A stretch of 64,000 nt of DNA from Chloroflexota bacterium (GTDB lineage Bacteria > Chloroflexota > Limnocylindria > Limnocylindrales > Limnocylindraceae), in NCBI GenBank assembly GCA_039804225.1, contig JBDLWN010000102.1:3344-67343 (forward strand), written 5' to 3'. The notes beneath the pieces were generated by a model. It saw nothing but the letters and a program-made list of their open reading frames with translations, made no database searches and was not told the DNA's origin. The position numbers and the translations under genes were made by a program. Position 1 is the first letter of the stretch; the number at the start of each line of letters is the position of its first letter. Shown piece by piece: positions 17,908-28,867 of the stretch.

Positions 17908-20900
17908 CTACGGCGCGCTGTTCTCCGTCAGTGCCGCAAGCTCCTTCAGTACCGCCTGTAGCTCTGCAATGCGCACACCGTACGTTGCGAAGTCTCCCGA
18001 CTTCAGCGCCGTCTGTGCCTGCTCAAAGAGCGTTGAGGCTTTCGTGACAAGCCCAGCGACATCCGTTGGATTCGTTCCGCCGCCCGGATCGACCACGCCG
18101 CCACCAACAAGGAGGTTCAGCGCTTCAGAGAGCGTGTCTCCCCAGACGACCTTGGTCGAGGTTGCCGCGACAATCTTCTGGAACTCAGGGAACGAGCTTG
18201 AAGTGGACTGTAGGTAGACCGGCTGCAGGTACACGACCGTTCCGCCGATCGGCGTCACGATCAGATTCCCGCGCGTGACGGTTGAACCGGACTGATCCCA
18301 CAGCGTCGTTTGCGACGCGATGATTGGGTCCGCATCGATGCGAGCACCAACCTGGCTTGGCCCGAAGACTGACGTGTCCTTCGGGAAGCGGTAGCTCACG
18401 ATCTGACCGTAGTTTTCACCATCGTTGCGCGCTGCAACCCAAGCAATCATGTTCGGTCGGCTCGTTGGCACCAGTGGCTGAATGAGGGTGAACTCTGTGG
18501 TCTCTTCACCTGGCAGGCGCACACGCACGTAGTACGACTCTCCAGGGAGGGACTGTGCTCCAGCGGCCGACTCTGGCACGGTCCACACGTCGTCCTGACG
18601 ATAGAAGGTCTGCGGGTCGGTGACGTGATACCTCGCGTAGACTCGTGTCGTTACGTCAAACCCGTCTGAGCCAACCCGCAGGTGCGCCCGCAGATCGGCT
18701 GGCATCGTGTCGAGCGGCTGAAGGAGGCCTGGGAAGACCTTTGACCACGCCTGTGCGATTGGGTCCTTCGTATCGGCCAAATAGAGTTCGGTCTTGCCCG
18801 TGTAGAGATCAACCGTTGCCTTCACGCTATTGCGCAGGTAGTTGACCCTGCTCCCCTCAGCAGGGTTGGCGTTCGGGAAGTAGCTGCTCGTGGTGTAGCC
18901 ATCAGCAACGTAGCTGAGTCCACCGTCCTCGCGAATCACGAGATATGGATCGGAGTCCCAGGTAACGAATGGTGCGAGGGCAGTAACGCGCTCACTGACC
19001 GTTCGGCGCCAGAGCAACTGGCTGTCGGCGGTGATCTGGTCGCTGATCAACAGGTTCAGGTCGCCGAGTCGCGCAGCAAAGAGGAGGCGATCAAAGAAGG
19101 TGTTCAGTGAGATCCCTGAGGTTCCGCTCCACTTCGTTGTTGCGTCACCCGTGCCCCCTGACCCGCTGGTGTCATCACCAATGGGGTAGTCAAACTCTTC
19201 GGTCTTGGCTCCAACAATTACCCAGTCGGTATCAAGCTCACCGAAGTAGATGCGTGGCTCGGTCACTACCGGAGCCCCGCCACTAGAGACAGGTGGAATG
19301 TCGCGAATGATGAGCTCTGGTAGTCCGCCACTTGCAATGCCAGCGACTGGGACCATGGCAACACCGATTCCGTGGGTATAGGCAATCCGTCGATTTACCC
19401 AGGTGGCCGACTGAAGGGCACGCTCTGGGTTTAACTCTCGTGCCGAGAGCATTACCAGTCGCTGCTTCCCATCAATCACGTAGCGGTCAACATCGACGTC
19501 GGAGAAGTTGTAGTACTGACGCACCGTCTGTAGTTGGTCGAGTGTCTGCTGGAGCGGCCGGTAGTCCCAGAGGCGCGCGTCGGCAAACGACTCGGCGTTA
19601 TCGGCAATCGCCGCAGCCGTGAGATCGTCGGCTCCGTCGTACTGGCGCTCAGTCCAGCCATCAAGGCCGAAGGCTAGCCTCGTCATGCGAATGTTGTTGG
19701 CGATGTACGGCTCCTCGAGCGCGTACTCGTTTGGGGAGACCTGGAAACGCTGCACGAACTCTGGATAGAGGCCGGTCAGCACAGCCGATGCACCGAACCA
19801 GATGGTCATGGTCAGCACAAGTGGCCACGTTGAGCGCGTCACCGCGGCGCCGACCAAGAATGCGGCGGCGATTGCTGCGATCACCGTAAGTACGTCAAGG
19901 CCAGGGATGCGCGCCATGGCGTCGGTGTACGAGACTCCCGTCGCTACGCCGTTCTGTGAAAAGACCAGTTCAAGCTTGTCGAGTTGGTATCCGTAGGCGG
20001 TGACGAGGAGGATTGCACCAACGAGTAGCGCGAGGTGGAGGCGAGGCAGGGTGCCCACACCACTTAGGCCGCGGGCGCCGAGCGCTGGAAGGTAGCGGAG
20101 TGCGGCCAGCACCGTTGCGCCACCGAGCAACAAGATCCCAAGCCCCTGCGCAAGGCGCAGGACAGGGAGGCTGAAGAGATAGAAGGAGATGTCGCGACCG
20201 AAGATTGGATCAACGGCCGAGCCGTCGGCGGCGTAGGGCACCGCGTTCTGCCAGAGGGCGATCTGCTCCCAGTTGGCGGCAATCTGTGCACCAACGAGGA
20301 GGGCTACGACGACGGCACCGATGCGGAGTGCGCCGTTGCCGATTGTGGCGCCGGCTTTACGGACAGCACCATCACCGTCGGCACCGAAGAGTCCGCGCAG
20401 TGCGTCAACAAACCCTTCTGGTTGCAGATTGCCACGGTCATCAAGGAGCGGAGTTCGCGGCTCACGTGGTGCGTCAGAGCTTGTTGCAGCCCCAGTCGGA
20501 GTCCCGCCAAGGCGGCGAGCGATGAGTCCCGCCACAAAGAGGCTCACCAAAAGAAGTGCAAGTGCAGCGAGTGTTCCACCAACGAAGAGTCCACCCTGCA
20601 GCTGCAGGCGCTGCCAGTAGAGGGCGCCTGCGCCGAGCGAATCAAACCAGCGCGCATCGGTGAGGAGCCCAATGATCGGGCTGGCAACCAAGACGAGGAC
20701 AAGAAGGATCGGCAAGAAGAGCGTACGGAAGCCGAGCTTGAAGGCCGGTCGCTGCCCACTTGGCGCACTGGCGCCGGGGCGACGTGCGCGACTGCGCGAT
20801 GTGGGGGTGTCGGATTCAGGTTCTGACGCGCTCTCCTCAGGGGTGCCGTTGCCACGTCGGCGCTCTAGCTCTTCAAGGAAATCCTTAAATGGATCACTCA

Positions 20901-20919
20901 TGATCGAACCCCCCTTCAA
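17908..20919 (-). CDS. UPF0182-family large conserved membrane protein
   Basis: 1003 aa. N-terminal cluster of about seven TM helices followed by a large extracytoplasmic domain. Size and architecture are typical of the actinobacterial UPF0182 family. Confidence 0.6.
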   Translation of the reverse strand: MKGGSIMSDPFKDFLEELERRRGNGTPEESASEPESDTPTSRSRARRPGASAPSGQRPAFKLGFRTLFLPILLVLVLVASPIIGLLTDARWFDSLGAGALYWQRLQLQGGLFVGGTLAALALLLVSLFVAGLIARRLGGTPTGAATSSDAPREPRTPLLDDRGNLQPEGFVDALRGLFGADGDGAVRKAGATIGNGALRIGAVVVALLVGAQIAANWEQIALWQNAVPYAADGSAVDPIFGRDISFYLFSLPVLRLAQGLGILLLGGATVLAALRYLPALGARGLSGVGTLPRLHLALLVGAILLVTAYGYQLDKLELVFSQNGVATGVSYTDAMARIPGLDVLTVIAAIAAAFLVGAAVTRSTWPLVLTMTIWFGASAVLTGLYPEFVQRFQVSPNEYALEEPYIANNIRMTRLAFGLDGWTERQYDGADDLTAAAIADNAESFADARLWDYRPLQQTLDQLQTVRQYYNFSDVDVDRYVIDGKQRLVMLSARELNPERALQSATWVNRRIAYTHGIGVAMVPVAGIASGGLPELIIRDIPPVSSGGAPVVTEPRIYFGELDTDWVIVGAKTEEFDYPIGDDTSGSGGTGDATTKWSGTSGISLNTFFDRLLFAARLGDLNLLISDQITADSQLLWRRTVSERVTALAPFVTWDSDPYLVIREDGGLSYVADGYTTSSYFPNANPAEGSRVNYLRNSVKATVDLYTGKTELYLADTKDPIAQAWSKVFPGLLQPLDTMPADLRAHLRVGSDGFDVTTRVYARYHVTDPQTFYRQDDVWTVPESAAGAQSLPGESYYVRVRLPGEETTEFTLIQPLVPTSRPNMIAWVAARNDGENYGQIVSYRFPKDTSVFGPSQVGARIDADPIIASQTTLWDQSGSTVTRGNLIVTPIGGTVVYLQPVYLQSTSSSFPEFQKIVAATSTKVVWGDTLSEALNLLVGGGVVDPGGGTNPTDVAGLVTKASTLFEQAQTALKSGDFATYGVRIAELQAVLKELAALTENSAP

Positions 20920-20929
20920 CTATGGTGCG

Positions 20930-21412
20930 TCAGGGTCGGTGCGCGACCTCGATCGCACGGGTGAATGCGTCAAGTGCCGCCTCAGCAACCTTCGCCTCTG
21001 TCATCGTAGCGATTCGCATCGGATCCCACTTTGCAGCCACTTGGAGCACCAGCGGGCGACGCCACGGCTCGTTCACATCGGCCAAATCGCCCAAGAGTCG
21101 CAACTTGAGGCAGGAGCGCCCCTCCTCAACGGCAAGGAGGTCACCGAGCCCGTTGGTCATCAGCTCTCCCAGGCGCTGCAGCGGTGGCGTTGGCGGGGGG
21201 CCAGCGATCGGAGCGACCTCACGGCAACTCACGACTCCAGCCTCGTCCTCCGCCCACATCATGCCAATCCACCAGCCGTCGGGCATGGTCGTCGGCGCGC
21301 TCATTCCAGTGTGCACGGCAGCCTCGGGTCGCCCTTCGAGAAGGATCGGCTTCACCTTCAGGTAGCTCGCCCCCGGTGAAGGGAGGCGCTCAGGACCGCT
21401 GGTCACTCCCAC
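20930..21412 (-). CDS. Hypothetical protein (about 125-160 aa, start ambiguous)
   Basis: ORF immediately downstream of guaA, overlapping its stop by 10 nt. Protein-like composition (mixed acidic/hydrophobic), unlike the RS-rich frames on the opposite strand. No motif recognised. Confidence 0.35.
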   Translation of the reverse strand: MGVTSGPERLPSPGASYLKVKPILLEGRPEAAVHTGMSAPTTMPDGWWIGMMWAEDEAGVVSCREVAPIAGPPPTPPLQRLGELMTNGLGDLLAVEEGRSCLKLRLLGDLADVNEPWRRPLVLQVAAKWDPMRIATMTEAKVAEAALDAFTRAIEVAHRP

Positions 21413-23037
21413 TCAATCGTGGCGGGTGGCTTAGAGGTCACGTCGTACACCACACGTGTTACGCCAGGAACCTCATTGACGATGCGTGCCGAGATGCGCT
21501 CGATCAAGTCGTATGGGAGGCGCGCCCAATCTGCGGTCATACCGTCTTCACTGGTTACTGCACGCATTGCGAGCACATTCCCGTAGGTGCGCCCGTCGCC
21601 CATCACCCCAACAGAGCGCATCGGCGTGAGCACAGCGAATGACTGCCAGATGCTGTGATAGAGCCCGGCCTTCTTGATCTCGTCGACCACGATCCAGTCC
21701 GCCTCGCGCAGCGTGTCGAGCCGCTCCTTCGTCACGTCACCAAGAATGCGGATCGCAAGGCCTGGCCCTGGGAACGGCTGTCGCAGCACCACAGACTCGG
21801 GAAGGCCCAGCTCAAGGCCAACCGCGCGGACTTCATCCTTGAAGAGCGCTCGCAGCGGCTCAACAAGTTTGAACTTCAAGTCATCGGGAAGGCCGCCAAC
21901 ATTGTGGTGCGTCTTGATCTTCTGGGCGGCCTTCGTCTCTTTGGATGTTGACTCAATCACATCGGGGTAGAGGGTGCCCTGCGCCAAGAAGGTGAATTCG
22001 CCATGCTTCGTTGACTCCTCTTCAAAGACGCGAATGAATTCTCGCCCAATGACCTTGCGCTTCTCTTCCGGATCTACCACACCGCTCAGTGCGCCGAGGA
22101 AGCGCGCTTCGGCATCAACCATGTGGATCGTCATGCCGAGCGTGTTGGCGAAGACCTCGCGAAGAAGATCTGATTCGCGCTTTCGCATCAAACCGTGATC
22201 CACGTAAACGCAGACGAGTCGATCGCCGATCGCGCGGTGGATCAGCGCGGCTGCAACGGCGGAGTCGACCCCACCCGAGAGGGCACAGAGCACCCGATCC
22301 GTTGGGCCCACCTGCGCGGCTATGGCAGCAATGGCATCTTCAGCAACACGGCCAGGGGTCCAGTTCGCAGGGGCCTTGGCAATGTCGTAGACGAAGTTGC
22401 GCAGCAGGCGCTTCCCGCCAGGCGTATGAATCACCTCGGGATGGAACTGAATCCCCCAGAGATTTCGTGACATGTCGGCGAGGGCGGCAAACGGGGTGGA
22501 GTCGGTGTCGGCGATCGGCGTGAAGCCAGTTGGTGCCTTGGTGATGGAGTCGCCATGGCTCATCCAGACGCGGGCGGCTCCCCCTTCAGCTGCGACGCCG
22601 GCGAGCAGTGGATTGGACTCGTCGCCGATACGGATGTCGGCCGGGCCGTACTCACGCCGGGACGAAGGGCCAACCTCACCGCCGAGCTGCTGGGCCATCA
22701 GCTGCACTCCGTAGCAGATGCCTAAGATCGGCAAGCCGCTCTCCCAGAGTGCGGCGTCTGGCTTTGGGCCGTCGCTGTCGTAGACCGAGCTCGGGCTGCC
22801 GCTCAAGATGATGCCGGCGGGATTGCGCGCAACGATCTCGCTCAGAGGGGTATCAAAGGCGATCAGTTCGGAGTGCACGTTCAGCTCACGCACACGACGC
22901 GCGATGAGCTGCGCAAACTGGCTGCCGAAATCGAGCACGAGGATGCCCCCCTGCGTTGGGGCCACGGCACCGTTAGCGCCCACGCTGCCAGCTCTTCCCT
23001 TCGGTCGCTGCGGCCGGTGCGTAGATGACCTCAACAT
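21403..23037 (-). CDS. guaA: GMP synthase (glutamine-hydrolysing)
   Basis: GATase ([10 protein letters not shown]..), ATP-PPase P-loop ([10 protein letters not shown]), C-terminal dimerisation domain ending ..TIEWE. The true start is probably an internal GTG near 22965-22983, since the ORF-track N-terminus overlaps the upstream gene. Confidence 0.9.
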   Translation of the reverse strand: MLRSSTHRPQRPKGRAGSVGANGAVAPTQGGILVLDFGSQFAQLIARRVRELNVHSELIAFDTPLSEIVARNPAGIILSGSPSSVYDSDGPKPDAALWESGLPILGICYGVQLMAQQLGGEVGPSSRREYGPADIRIGDESNPLLAGVAAEGGAARVWMSHGDSITKAPTGFTPIADTDSTPFAALADMSRNLWGIQFHPEVIHTPGGKRLLRNFVYDIAKAPANWTPGRVAEDAIAAIAAQVGPTDRVLCALSGGVDSAVAAALIHRAIGDRLVCVYVDHGLMRKRESDLLREVFANTLGMTIHMVDAEARFLGALSGVVDPEEKRKVIGREFIRVFEEESTKHGEFTFLAQGTLYPDVIESTSKETKAAQKIKTHHNVGGLPDDLKFKLVEPLRALFKDEVRAVGLELGLPESVVLRQPFPGPGLAIRILGDVTKERLDTLREADWIVVDEIKKAGLYHSIWQSFAVLTPMRSVGVMGDGRTYGNVLAMRAVTSEDGMTADWARLPYDLIERISARIVNEVPGVTRVVYDVTSKPPATIEWE

Positions 23038-24118
23038 TGCGGAAGCCCTTCACGTTCTGCACGCCGAGGGCAGCGGCGGATTGACGCACCGCGCCGGCGA
23101 GGTTCTCACTGCCATCGGTCACGTGCGATGGCCCATGCAGGATCTGCTTCATGCTCCCGACCGTGCCAACGTTGATGCGGGTGCCGCGTGGCAGCGTTGG
23201 CGAGGGAGCCGCCATCCCCCAGTTGAATCCGCCGCCTGGCGCTTCGCTGCCGCGGGCGAGCGGCGAGCCGATCATTACGGCGTCGGCGCCAACGGCGAGC
23301 GCCTTGGCGATTTCGCCACCCTTGCGGATGCCACCATCTGCGACCACGGGCACATAGCGACCGGTGGCGGCGAAGAAGGCATCGCGTGCAGCGGCAACGT
23401 CACTGACGGCGGTCACCTGCGGCACGCCGATCCCGAGGACCTCACGCGTGGTGCAGGCGTTGCCTGGCCCCACGCCAACGAAGACGGCGGCGGCGCCCTG
23501 CTCCATGAGCGCATAGGCAGCTTCTGCGTTTGTGGTGTTGCCGATCGCAACAGGCATGCCTGCGCGCTTCACAAATTCTGAGAGCTCGAGTGGTGCGTAG
23601 CCCGAGGCGATGTGTCGAGCCGACGAGACCTGGCTCTGAATAAGAAGGAGATCAACATCCGCACCAATGAGGGCGTCGGCATACTTCCCCACCGCTTGTG
23701 GTGTTGCCGCAATCGCAACGGGCGCACCCACGGCGCGCATCTCCGCGATACGACGGGCAATCAGCTCTGGGCGAATCGGCGCAGCATAGAGATCAGCAAA
23801 GGTGGTCTGCACCTTATCGGCAGTCGCCGAAATGATCGTGGCGTACTGGGCCGCGGGATCTTCGTAGCGGAACCAGAGCCCCTCAAGATTGATGAAGGCG
23901 AGTGAGCCGAGTTCGCGCAACACTCCGGCGGTTGCTGGCGAGACCACCGCATCCATCGCCGAAGCGATGATCGGCTCAGCGAGTGGGATGCCGCAAAACT
24001 CTTGCGTGAGATCGACGTCGGCGGGATCAATGGTGTCGGTGCCAGGGGCGAGAGAGATGTCATCAAACCCGAAGGCGGGTCGCAGGGTGTCGATCTTAGA
24101 GATGAATGGACCACTCAT
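22973..24118 (-). CDS. IMP dehydrogenase-family protein lacking CBS domains (GuaB3-like)
   Basis: IMPDH TIM-barrel motifs ([22 protein letters not shown]) in a 381 aa protein with no CBS insertion, as in mycobacterial GuaB3. ATGA overlap with tmk. Confidence 0.8.
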   Translation of the reverse strand: MSGPFISKIDTLRPAFGFDDISLAPGTDTIDPADVDLTQEFCGIPLAEPIIASAMDAVVSPATAGVLRELGSLAFINLEGLWFRYEDPAAQYATIISATADKVQTTFADLYAAPIRPELIARRIAEMRAVGAPVAIAATPQAVGKYADALIGADVDLLLIQSQVSSARHIASGYAPLELSEFVKRAGMPVAIGNTTNAEAAYALMEQGAAAVFVGVGPGNACTTREVLGIGVPQVTAVSDVAAARDAFFAATGRYVPVVADGGIRKGGEIAKALAVGADAVMIGSPLARGSEAPGGGFNWGMAAPSPTLPRGTRINVGTVGSMKQILHGPSHVTDGSENLAGAVRQSAAALGVQNVKGFRNVEVIYAPAAATEGKSWQRGR

Positions 24119-24735
24119 TGACGGAGTGTAGCGAGGCCAACGGCAGAGGCGATTTCATCAGCAAGCTCACCCTTCGGGCGGCGGGCATCAAAGGTGCGCC
24201 AGCGTGCAGGCTCCGCGGCGGCCAACGCGCGGAAGCCATCGGCGACGCGCGTATGGAATGCCGCGTCAAACCCCTCCTCAAAGCGCGTGCGGCCGTCGCC
24301 CGACTTTCGGGCGAGCCCCTCCTCAGCTGGAAGATCCAAGAGTACGGTCAGGTCCGGCGTCAGCCCTGCAGTGGCGAAGTTGATCACCGCACGTAGCTCG
24401 TCGAGTGGTAGTCCGCTGCCGTACCCCTGATATGCAAGCGTGGAGTCGGCGAAGCGATCGGCGATGACGATGGTGCCACGCGCCAGTGCGGGGCGGATCA
24501 CTTCAGCGACAAGCTGCGAACGCGAGGCATTAAAGAGGAGTGCGTCAGCGCGTGGGTTGATCTCCACGGTTCCCCCCTCTCCGAGAAGGAGTGCGCGAAT
24601 CCTCTCCCCCGCCGGTGTGCCACCCGGTTCGCGAACGGTCAGTACCTCGCGACCCGCTGAGCGAAGCCGCTTCGCCAAGAGGGCAATTTGGGTGGACTTC
24701 CCTGATCCGTCTGGCCCTTCAAAGGTGATGAACAT
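24115..24735 (-). CDS. tmk: Thymidylate kinase
   Basis: FITFEGPDGSGKST P-loop, DRF..S.LAYQG motif. 206 aa. Confidence 0.9.
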   Translation of the reverse strand: MFITFEGPDGSGKSTQIALLAKRLRSAGREVLTVREPGGTPAGERIRALLLGEGGTVEINPRADALLFNASRSQLVAEVIRPALARGTIVIADRFADSTLAYQGYGSGLPLDELRAVINFATAGLTPDLTVLLDLPAEEGLARKSGDGRTRFEEGFDAAFHTRVADGFRALAAAEPARWRTFDARRPKGELADEIASAVGLATLRQ

Positions 24736-24741
24736 CGTGGG

Positions 24742-26682
24742 CTAGCGACGACGACGAGGGGTACTCGAGGAGCGACCCTGGGGCTCAAGTCGAACGCGTC
24801 GATGTGGATCGCGGCCACGCGAACTGCTAGTGATACCTGCATCGCCGGCGAGCTGATGCTGTAGGCGACGAATGTAGGCACTCTGTGGTGCAAGCTCGAC
24901 TGGATGCTGTGTGCGCCGCACCTCGTCAATCCCCATCTTCGCCTCGCGCATCGCAATCTCTCGCGGATCGTGTGGCAGCTGATAGATGTCAAGGAGTGCG
25001 CGCTCCATCTGCTCAGAGGCGTTGCTCTTCAACACATGCACCGGTACGCCGCGTCGCTCAGCATCCACGATCGGCGTGCCGCGCTGCTTAAACTCATTAC
25101 GAATCGTCACCACGGCATCAGCGTCATCGGCGGTGCGAGCTGTCGTTGCGGGGAGTCCCAGTTCGCGAATTGCCGCCTCAAGCTTCTTACGCGAGATTCC
25201 GTGCGCCAGGACGCGCAACTGGGGGAGCTGACTGACTTCGCGCTCTTCATCATCGGCGTCTGGTGCCTCATCCCACTCCGCTGGAACCAGCGTGCCACTC
25301 ACCGTTCGTCCGATCGGCTCGTGATCCATCTCAGAGATAGCTACAGACATTGAGTCGTGGCTCCATCCGCGCTCCGGTCGCCAGCTTCCGCCTCCAACAG
25401 GATCGCCCTCAAATGCGCGAATCACTGGAGTGGCGGTTCCTCCCGGGATGGTCTCAATGTGTCGTGCCTGCTCGCGGTTGCGTCGCCAGCCGCCACGCCC
25501 GTCTTCGCCGCGATCGCCCCGGTCACTGCGCCGGCCGCGGCGATCATCACCCGGAGTCAATCCGCCAAATCGACGAGATTCACCCTGCGCCGTTTGGCCA
25601 GGTCGAATGCGCGTATGCGATCGACGCACGCCACCCTCATCGCGCCAGCGCTCCTCAGGAGCCACCGCGTCGCCACGCAAGAGTGCGTCAACAGTGCCCG
25701 CAACATCTTCGTGCACCAGGATGTGGTCGCGATCAATGATCTCCACGATCACGTCAAAAGTTGGTGGTGCCTTTCGCTCCAACACGCTCTTTTGCGTTCG
25801 ACGTCGCCGTGCCTCGTCATCACCAAGGGTAACGCTCTGAATGCCACCGATCAGGTCGGTCAGCGTTGGGTTCAACATCAAGTTATCGAGGCTGTTGCCG
25901 TGCGCGGTGCCGATCAGCTGCACACCGCGCTCAGCAATCGTGCGAGCGGCAATCGCCTCGGCTTCGGTCCCGATCTCGTCGATCACGATCACCTCGGGCA
26001 TGTGGTTCTCGACCGCCTCGATCATGACGAGATGCTGTCGCTCGGGGGCGCTCACCTGCATTCGGCGGGCCTTGCCGATCGCGGGGTGCGGTATGTCACC
26101 GTCGCCTGCGATTTCGTTTGAGGTGTCTACCACTACCACGCGCTTGCTGAACTCTGAGGCGAGAACGCGCGCAGCCTCGCGCAGCATGGTGGTCTTTCCA
26201 ACACCCGGTCGTCCCATGATCAGAATCGAGCGGCCGGCTTCAATGTGATCGCGCAGAATCTCAATCGTGCCGAAGACCGAACGTCCAACTCGGCAGGTGA
26301 GACCAACGACTCGATCAGATCGATTGCGAATCGCAGAGATGCGATGCAGCGTCCTCTCGATGCCAGCTCGGTTGTCGCCGCCGAAATTGCCGATGCGAGA
26401 GATAACCCAGTTGAGGTCTTCGTCTGTTACCTCACGGTCGAGCAGCGTCACATCGCCCGAGGTGAGTCGCGCCTCGGGGCGACGACCGCGATCCATGACG
26501 ATCTCCAATAGTCCATCGCGACCTGCGGCAAGCTCTTCGCGGGTTGCCAGCTCGCGAATGGCAGCAACGATTTCGCCAGGGAGACAGGCGAGCAGTAGGT
26601 CGAGATTGTCGACAATTGCCTCGTCTTGGATCGCCGTGCGGTTTGGCTCTTCGTGGGGGTCGCGAGCAAGGCTCATGGGCAA
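24742..26682 (-). CDS. AAA-type ATPase of the Ycf45/SpoIIIAA-like (R3H-associated) family with an Arg/Gly/Asp-rich low-complexity linker
   Basis: Walker A (GRPGVGKTT) and Walker B (VIVIDEIGT). A central [21 protein letters not shown] low-complexity region. C-terminal roughly 150 aa putative nucleic-acid-binding domain. Confidence 0.55.
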   Translation of the reverse strand: MPMSLARDPHEEPNRTAIQDEAIVDNLDLLLACLPGEIVAAIRELATREELAAGRDGLLEIVMDRGRRPEARLTSGDVTLLDREVTDEDLNWVISRIGNFGGDNRAGIERTLHRISAIRNRSDRVVGLTCRVGRSVFGTIEILRDHIEAGRSILIMGRPGVGKTTMLREAARVLASEFSKRVVVVDTSNEIAGDGDIPHPAIGKARRMQVSAPERQHLVMIEAVENHMPEVIVIDEIGTEAEAIAARTIAERGVQLIGTAHGNSLDNLMLNPTLTDLIGGIQSVTLGDDEARRRRTQKSVLERKAPPTFDVIVEIIDRDHILVHEDVAGTVDALLRGDAVAPEERWRDEGGVRRSHTRIRPGQTAQGESRRFGGLTPGDDRRGRRSDRGDRGEDGRGGWRRNREQARHIETIPGGTATPVIRAFEGDPVGGGSWRPERGWSHDSMSVAISEMDHEPIGRTVSGTLVPAEWDEAPDADDEEREVSQLPQLRVLAHGISRKKLEAAIRELGLPATTARTADDADAVVTIRNEFKQRGTPIVDAERRGVPVHVLKSNASEQMERALLDIYQLPHDPREIAMREAKMGIDEVRRTQHPVELAPQSAYIRRLQHQLAGDAGITSSSRGRDPHRRVRLEPQGRSSSTPRRRR

Positions 26683-26729
26683 ATCCTAGCGTGCGCCCGC
26701 GCGGTCGGCGCGGCGCGCGTGCCTGCCCC

Positions 26730-27344
26730 TCAGCGGAGGGCGGCGGTCGCCTCGGCTACGAGCCAGCGGTGCACGCCGGTCTCCCCCGTGATCTCGGGGT
26801 GAAAGGCGATGCCAAGGATTCGCCCCTGCCGTGCCGCCACGATTCGACCATCTTCCAGCGTCGCGACAGCGCGCGCCGACGGACCAACCTTCACGATTTC
26901 CGGGGCACGAATGAAGACGGCCTGAATGGTGCGTGATCGACCATCGTTGCCGAGGCTCTGCATGACTAGACTCGTCTCAAACGATTCCAATTGCCGCCCA
27001 AACGCGTTGCGTCGCACCTCAACATCAAGGAGTGAGAGGACTGGCTCATCACCATCCGCGATCTTCGTTGCGAGCAGAATCGCCCCCGCGCACGTGCCAA
27101 GGATTGGTGCGCCGTGCTTCGCCAGCGCTTTGATCGGCTTCACCAGATCCCAGCGATGCAGCAGTTTGCGCATCGCCGTGCTCTCGCCGCCAGGAAGAAT
27201 CAGGCCAGAAACACCGTCAAGATCTGTAGGGAGTCGCACTTCGCGCCCCTCAACACCGAGGGACTCAAGCATGCGGATGTGCTCAGCGAAGTCGCCCTGC
27301 ACTGCAAGGACGCCGATGATCGGTGCGGTGTGGCGCTTCGCCAC
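26730..27344 (-). CDS. pdxT: Pyridoxal 5'-phosphate synthase glutaminase subunit PdxT
   Basis: IGVLAVQGDFAEH..., GTCAG, HPE class-I glutamine amidotransferase motifs. Start taken at the internal GTG just after the pdxS stop. Confidence 0.85.
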   Translation of the reverse strand: MAKRHTAPIIGVLAVQGDFAEHIRMLESLGVEGREVRLPTDLDGVSGLILPGGESTAMRKLLHRWDLVKPIKALAKHGAPILGTCAGAILLATKIADGDEPVLSLLDVEVRRNAFGRQLESFETSLVMQSLGNDGRSRTIQAVFIRAPEIVKVGPSARAVATLEDGRIVAARQGRILGIAFHPEITGETGVHRWLVAEATAALR

Positions 27345-27348
27345 GGTG

Positions 27349-28248
27349 TTACCAGCCGCGCTTGGAGAGGCGTTCGCCCTCGGGGATGGTGCGCATCTCA
27401 ATCCCCTTCATCGCTTCACCAAGGCCCGCCGAAACTTCGGCAAGGATGGAGGCGTTCTTCCAGTGCGTCGTTGCCTGAACTATGGCGACTGCGGTCTTCG
27501 CTGGGTTCTTCGCCTTGAAGATGCCGGAGCCAACGAAGACGCCGTCGGCACCAAGCCACATGGAGAGCGCCGCGTCGGCCGGTGTGGCGATGCCACCTGC
27601 AACAAAGTTCACGACAGGGAGTCGACCCGCCTTCACGGTGAGCCTGACGAGTTCATACGGAACGCGCATCTCTTTGGCGGCGGCGCGCAAGCGCTTCTCG
27701 CTCTGCCCCTTGAGTGCGGCGATCTCTTCGGCAACGGTGCGAATGTGTCGCACCGCCTCAACGATGTTCCCAGTTCCAGCCTCACCTTTGGTGCGCATCA
27801 TTGCTGCACCCTCGTTGATGCGCCGGAGGGCCTCACCAAGATCCTTGCAGCCGCAGACAAACGGAACCTTGAAGTCGTGCTTGTTGAGGTGGTAGCGATC
27901 ATCGGCAGGAGTGAGCACTTCGGACTCGTCGATGTAGTCAACATCGAGTGCCTCAAGGATGCGTGCCTCACTCTCATGTCCAATGCGTGCCTTCGCCATC
28001 ACTGGGATGGAGACGGCGGCCTGGATCCCCTTGATCATGTCGGGGTCGCTCATGCGCGCAACGCCACCGTCGCGACGAATGTCCGAAGGGACGCGCTCTA
28101 GGGCCATGACCGCAACAGCGCCAGCCTCTTCGGCGATCTTCGCCTCTGCCGGATTGACGACGTCCATGATCACGCCGCCCTTGAGCATTTGGGCGAGGCC
28201 GCTCTTCGTAGCCCAGGTCGACGTCTTGGCGCGCTTTGGTGCTGGCAT
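27349..28248 (-). CDS. pdxS: Pyridoxal 5'-phosphate synthase lyase subunit PdxS
   Basis: [13 protein letters not shown]-like N-terminus ([16 protein letters not shown]). Highly conserved PdxS core through ...GSGIFK. Start at MPAPKRAK. Confidence 0.9.
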   Translation of the reverse strand: MPAPKRAKTSTWATKSGLAQMLKGGVIMDVVNPAEAKIAEEAGAVAVMALERVPSDIRRDGGVARMSDPDMIKGIQAAVSIPVMAKARIGHESEARILEALDVDYIDESEVLTPADDRYHLNKHDFKVPFVCGCKDLGEALRRINEGAAMMRTKGEAGTGNIVEAVRHIRTVAEEIAALKGQSEKRLRAAAKEMRVPYELVRLTVKAGRLPVVNFVAGGIATPADAALSMWLGADGVFVGSGIFKAKNPAKTAVAIVQATTHWKNASILAEVSAGLGEAMKGIEMRTIPEGERLSKRGW

Positions 28249-28333
28249 GCCCCTATTCTCGCACACCGTCCCCACCCCACAGGGCTAAACGGCGGCACAG
28301 CGTGCGCAGCCCCCCTGCTACGATCGCGACTAT

Positions 28334-28867
28334 ATGAACAGCGAAGTTCTCGTTCTGAATCAGGACTACGAACCGCTCAACGTCGCCTCCCTGCCGCGCG
28401 CCTTCCGACTGGTCTTAGGGGGCAAGGCCGAAATCCTCGCCGAAGGCGACCCAATCCGCAGCGCATCGCGGAGCTGGACCGCACCCTCAGTGGTGCGCCT
28501 CCGCCACCGCGTGCGCCGACCACGTCCGCGCGCCAAGTTGAGCCGCAAAGAGATCTTTGCGCGCGATGGTCACGCCTGCCAGTACTGCGGTCGGACCGGC
28601 GTCTCTCTGACAATTGATCACATCGTGCCGAAGAGCCGTGGTGGCGATACATGGACATGGGAGAACTTGGTTACCGCCTGCATGGCCTGCAATCACCGCA
28701 AGGGTGATCGCCTCCCCGAAGCCGCTGGTCTCCAACTCCGACGCAAACCGTACGAGCCACGCTGCGACGTATACGCCGTCTTCCTGCCGTACCTGCGGCA
28801 CGACGCTTACTCGGCGTGGCGCGACTTCCTCTTTATCTCGGATAGCGCTGCGGCCAGCGGCGCGTGA
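28334..28867 (+). CDS. HNH endonuclease (YajD-like)
   Basis: CQYCG...DHIVPKSRGG..WENLVTAC..CNHRK HNH/zinc-finger motif. Confidence 0.8.
   Translation: MNSEVLVLNQDYEPLNVASLPRAFRLVLGGKAEILAEGDPIRSASRSWTAPSVVRLRHRVRRPRPRAKLSRKEIFARDGHACQYCGRTGVSLTIDHIVPKSRGGDTWTWENLVTACMACNHRKGDRLPEAAGLQLRRKPYEPRCDVYAVFLPYLRHDAYSAWRDFLFISDSAAASGA

Noticed and set aside
20660-21379. 239 aa plus-strand ORF across the UPF0182 start and the small hypothetical gene
   Set aside because: Overlaps the UPF0182 N-terminus and the minus-strand 160 aa ORF. RS-rich composition. The minus-strand reading is more protein-like.
26926-28101. 391 aa plus-strand ORF antisense to pdxT and pdxS
   Set aside because: Overlaps highly conserved pdxS and pdxT on the opposite strand. 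RS-rich, no motifs.
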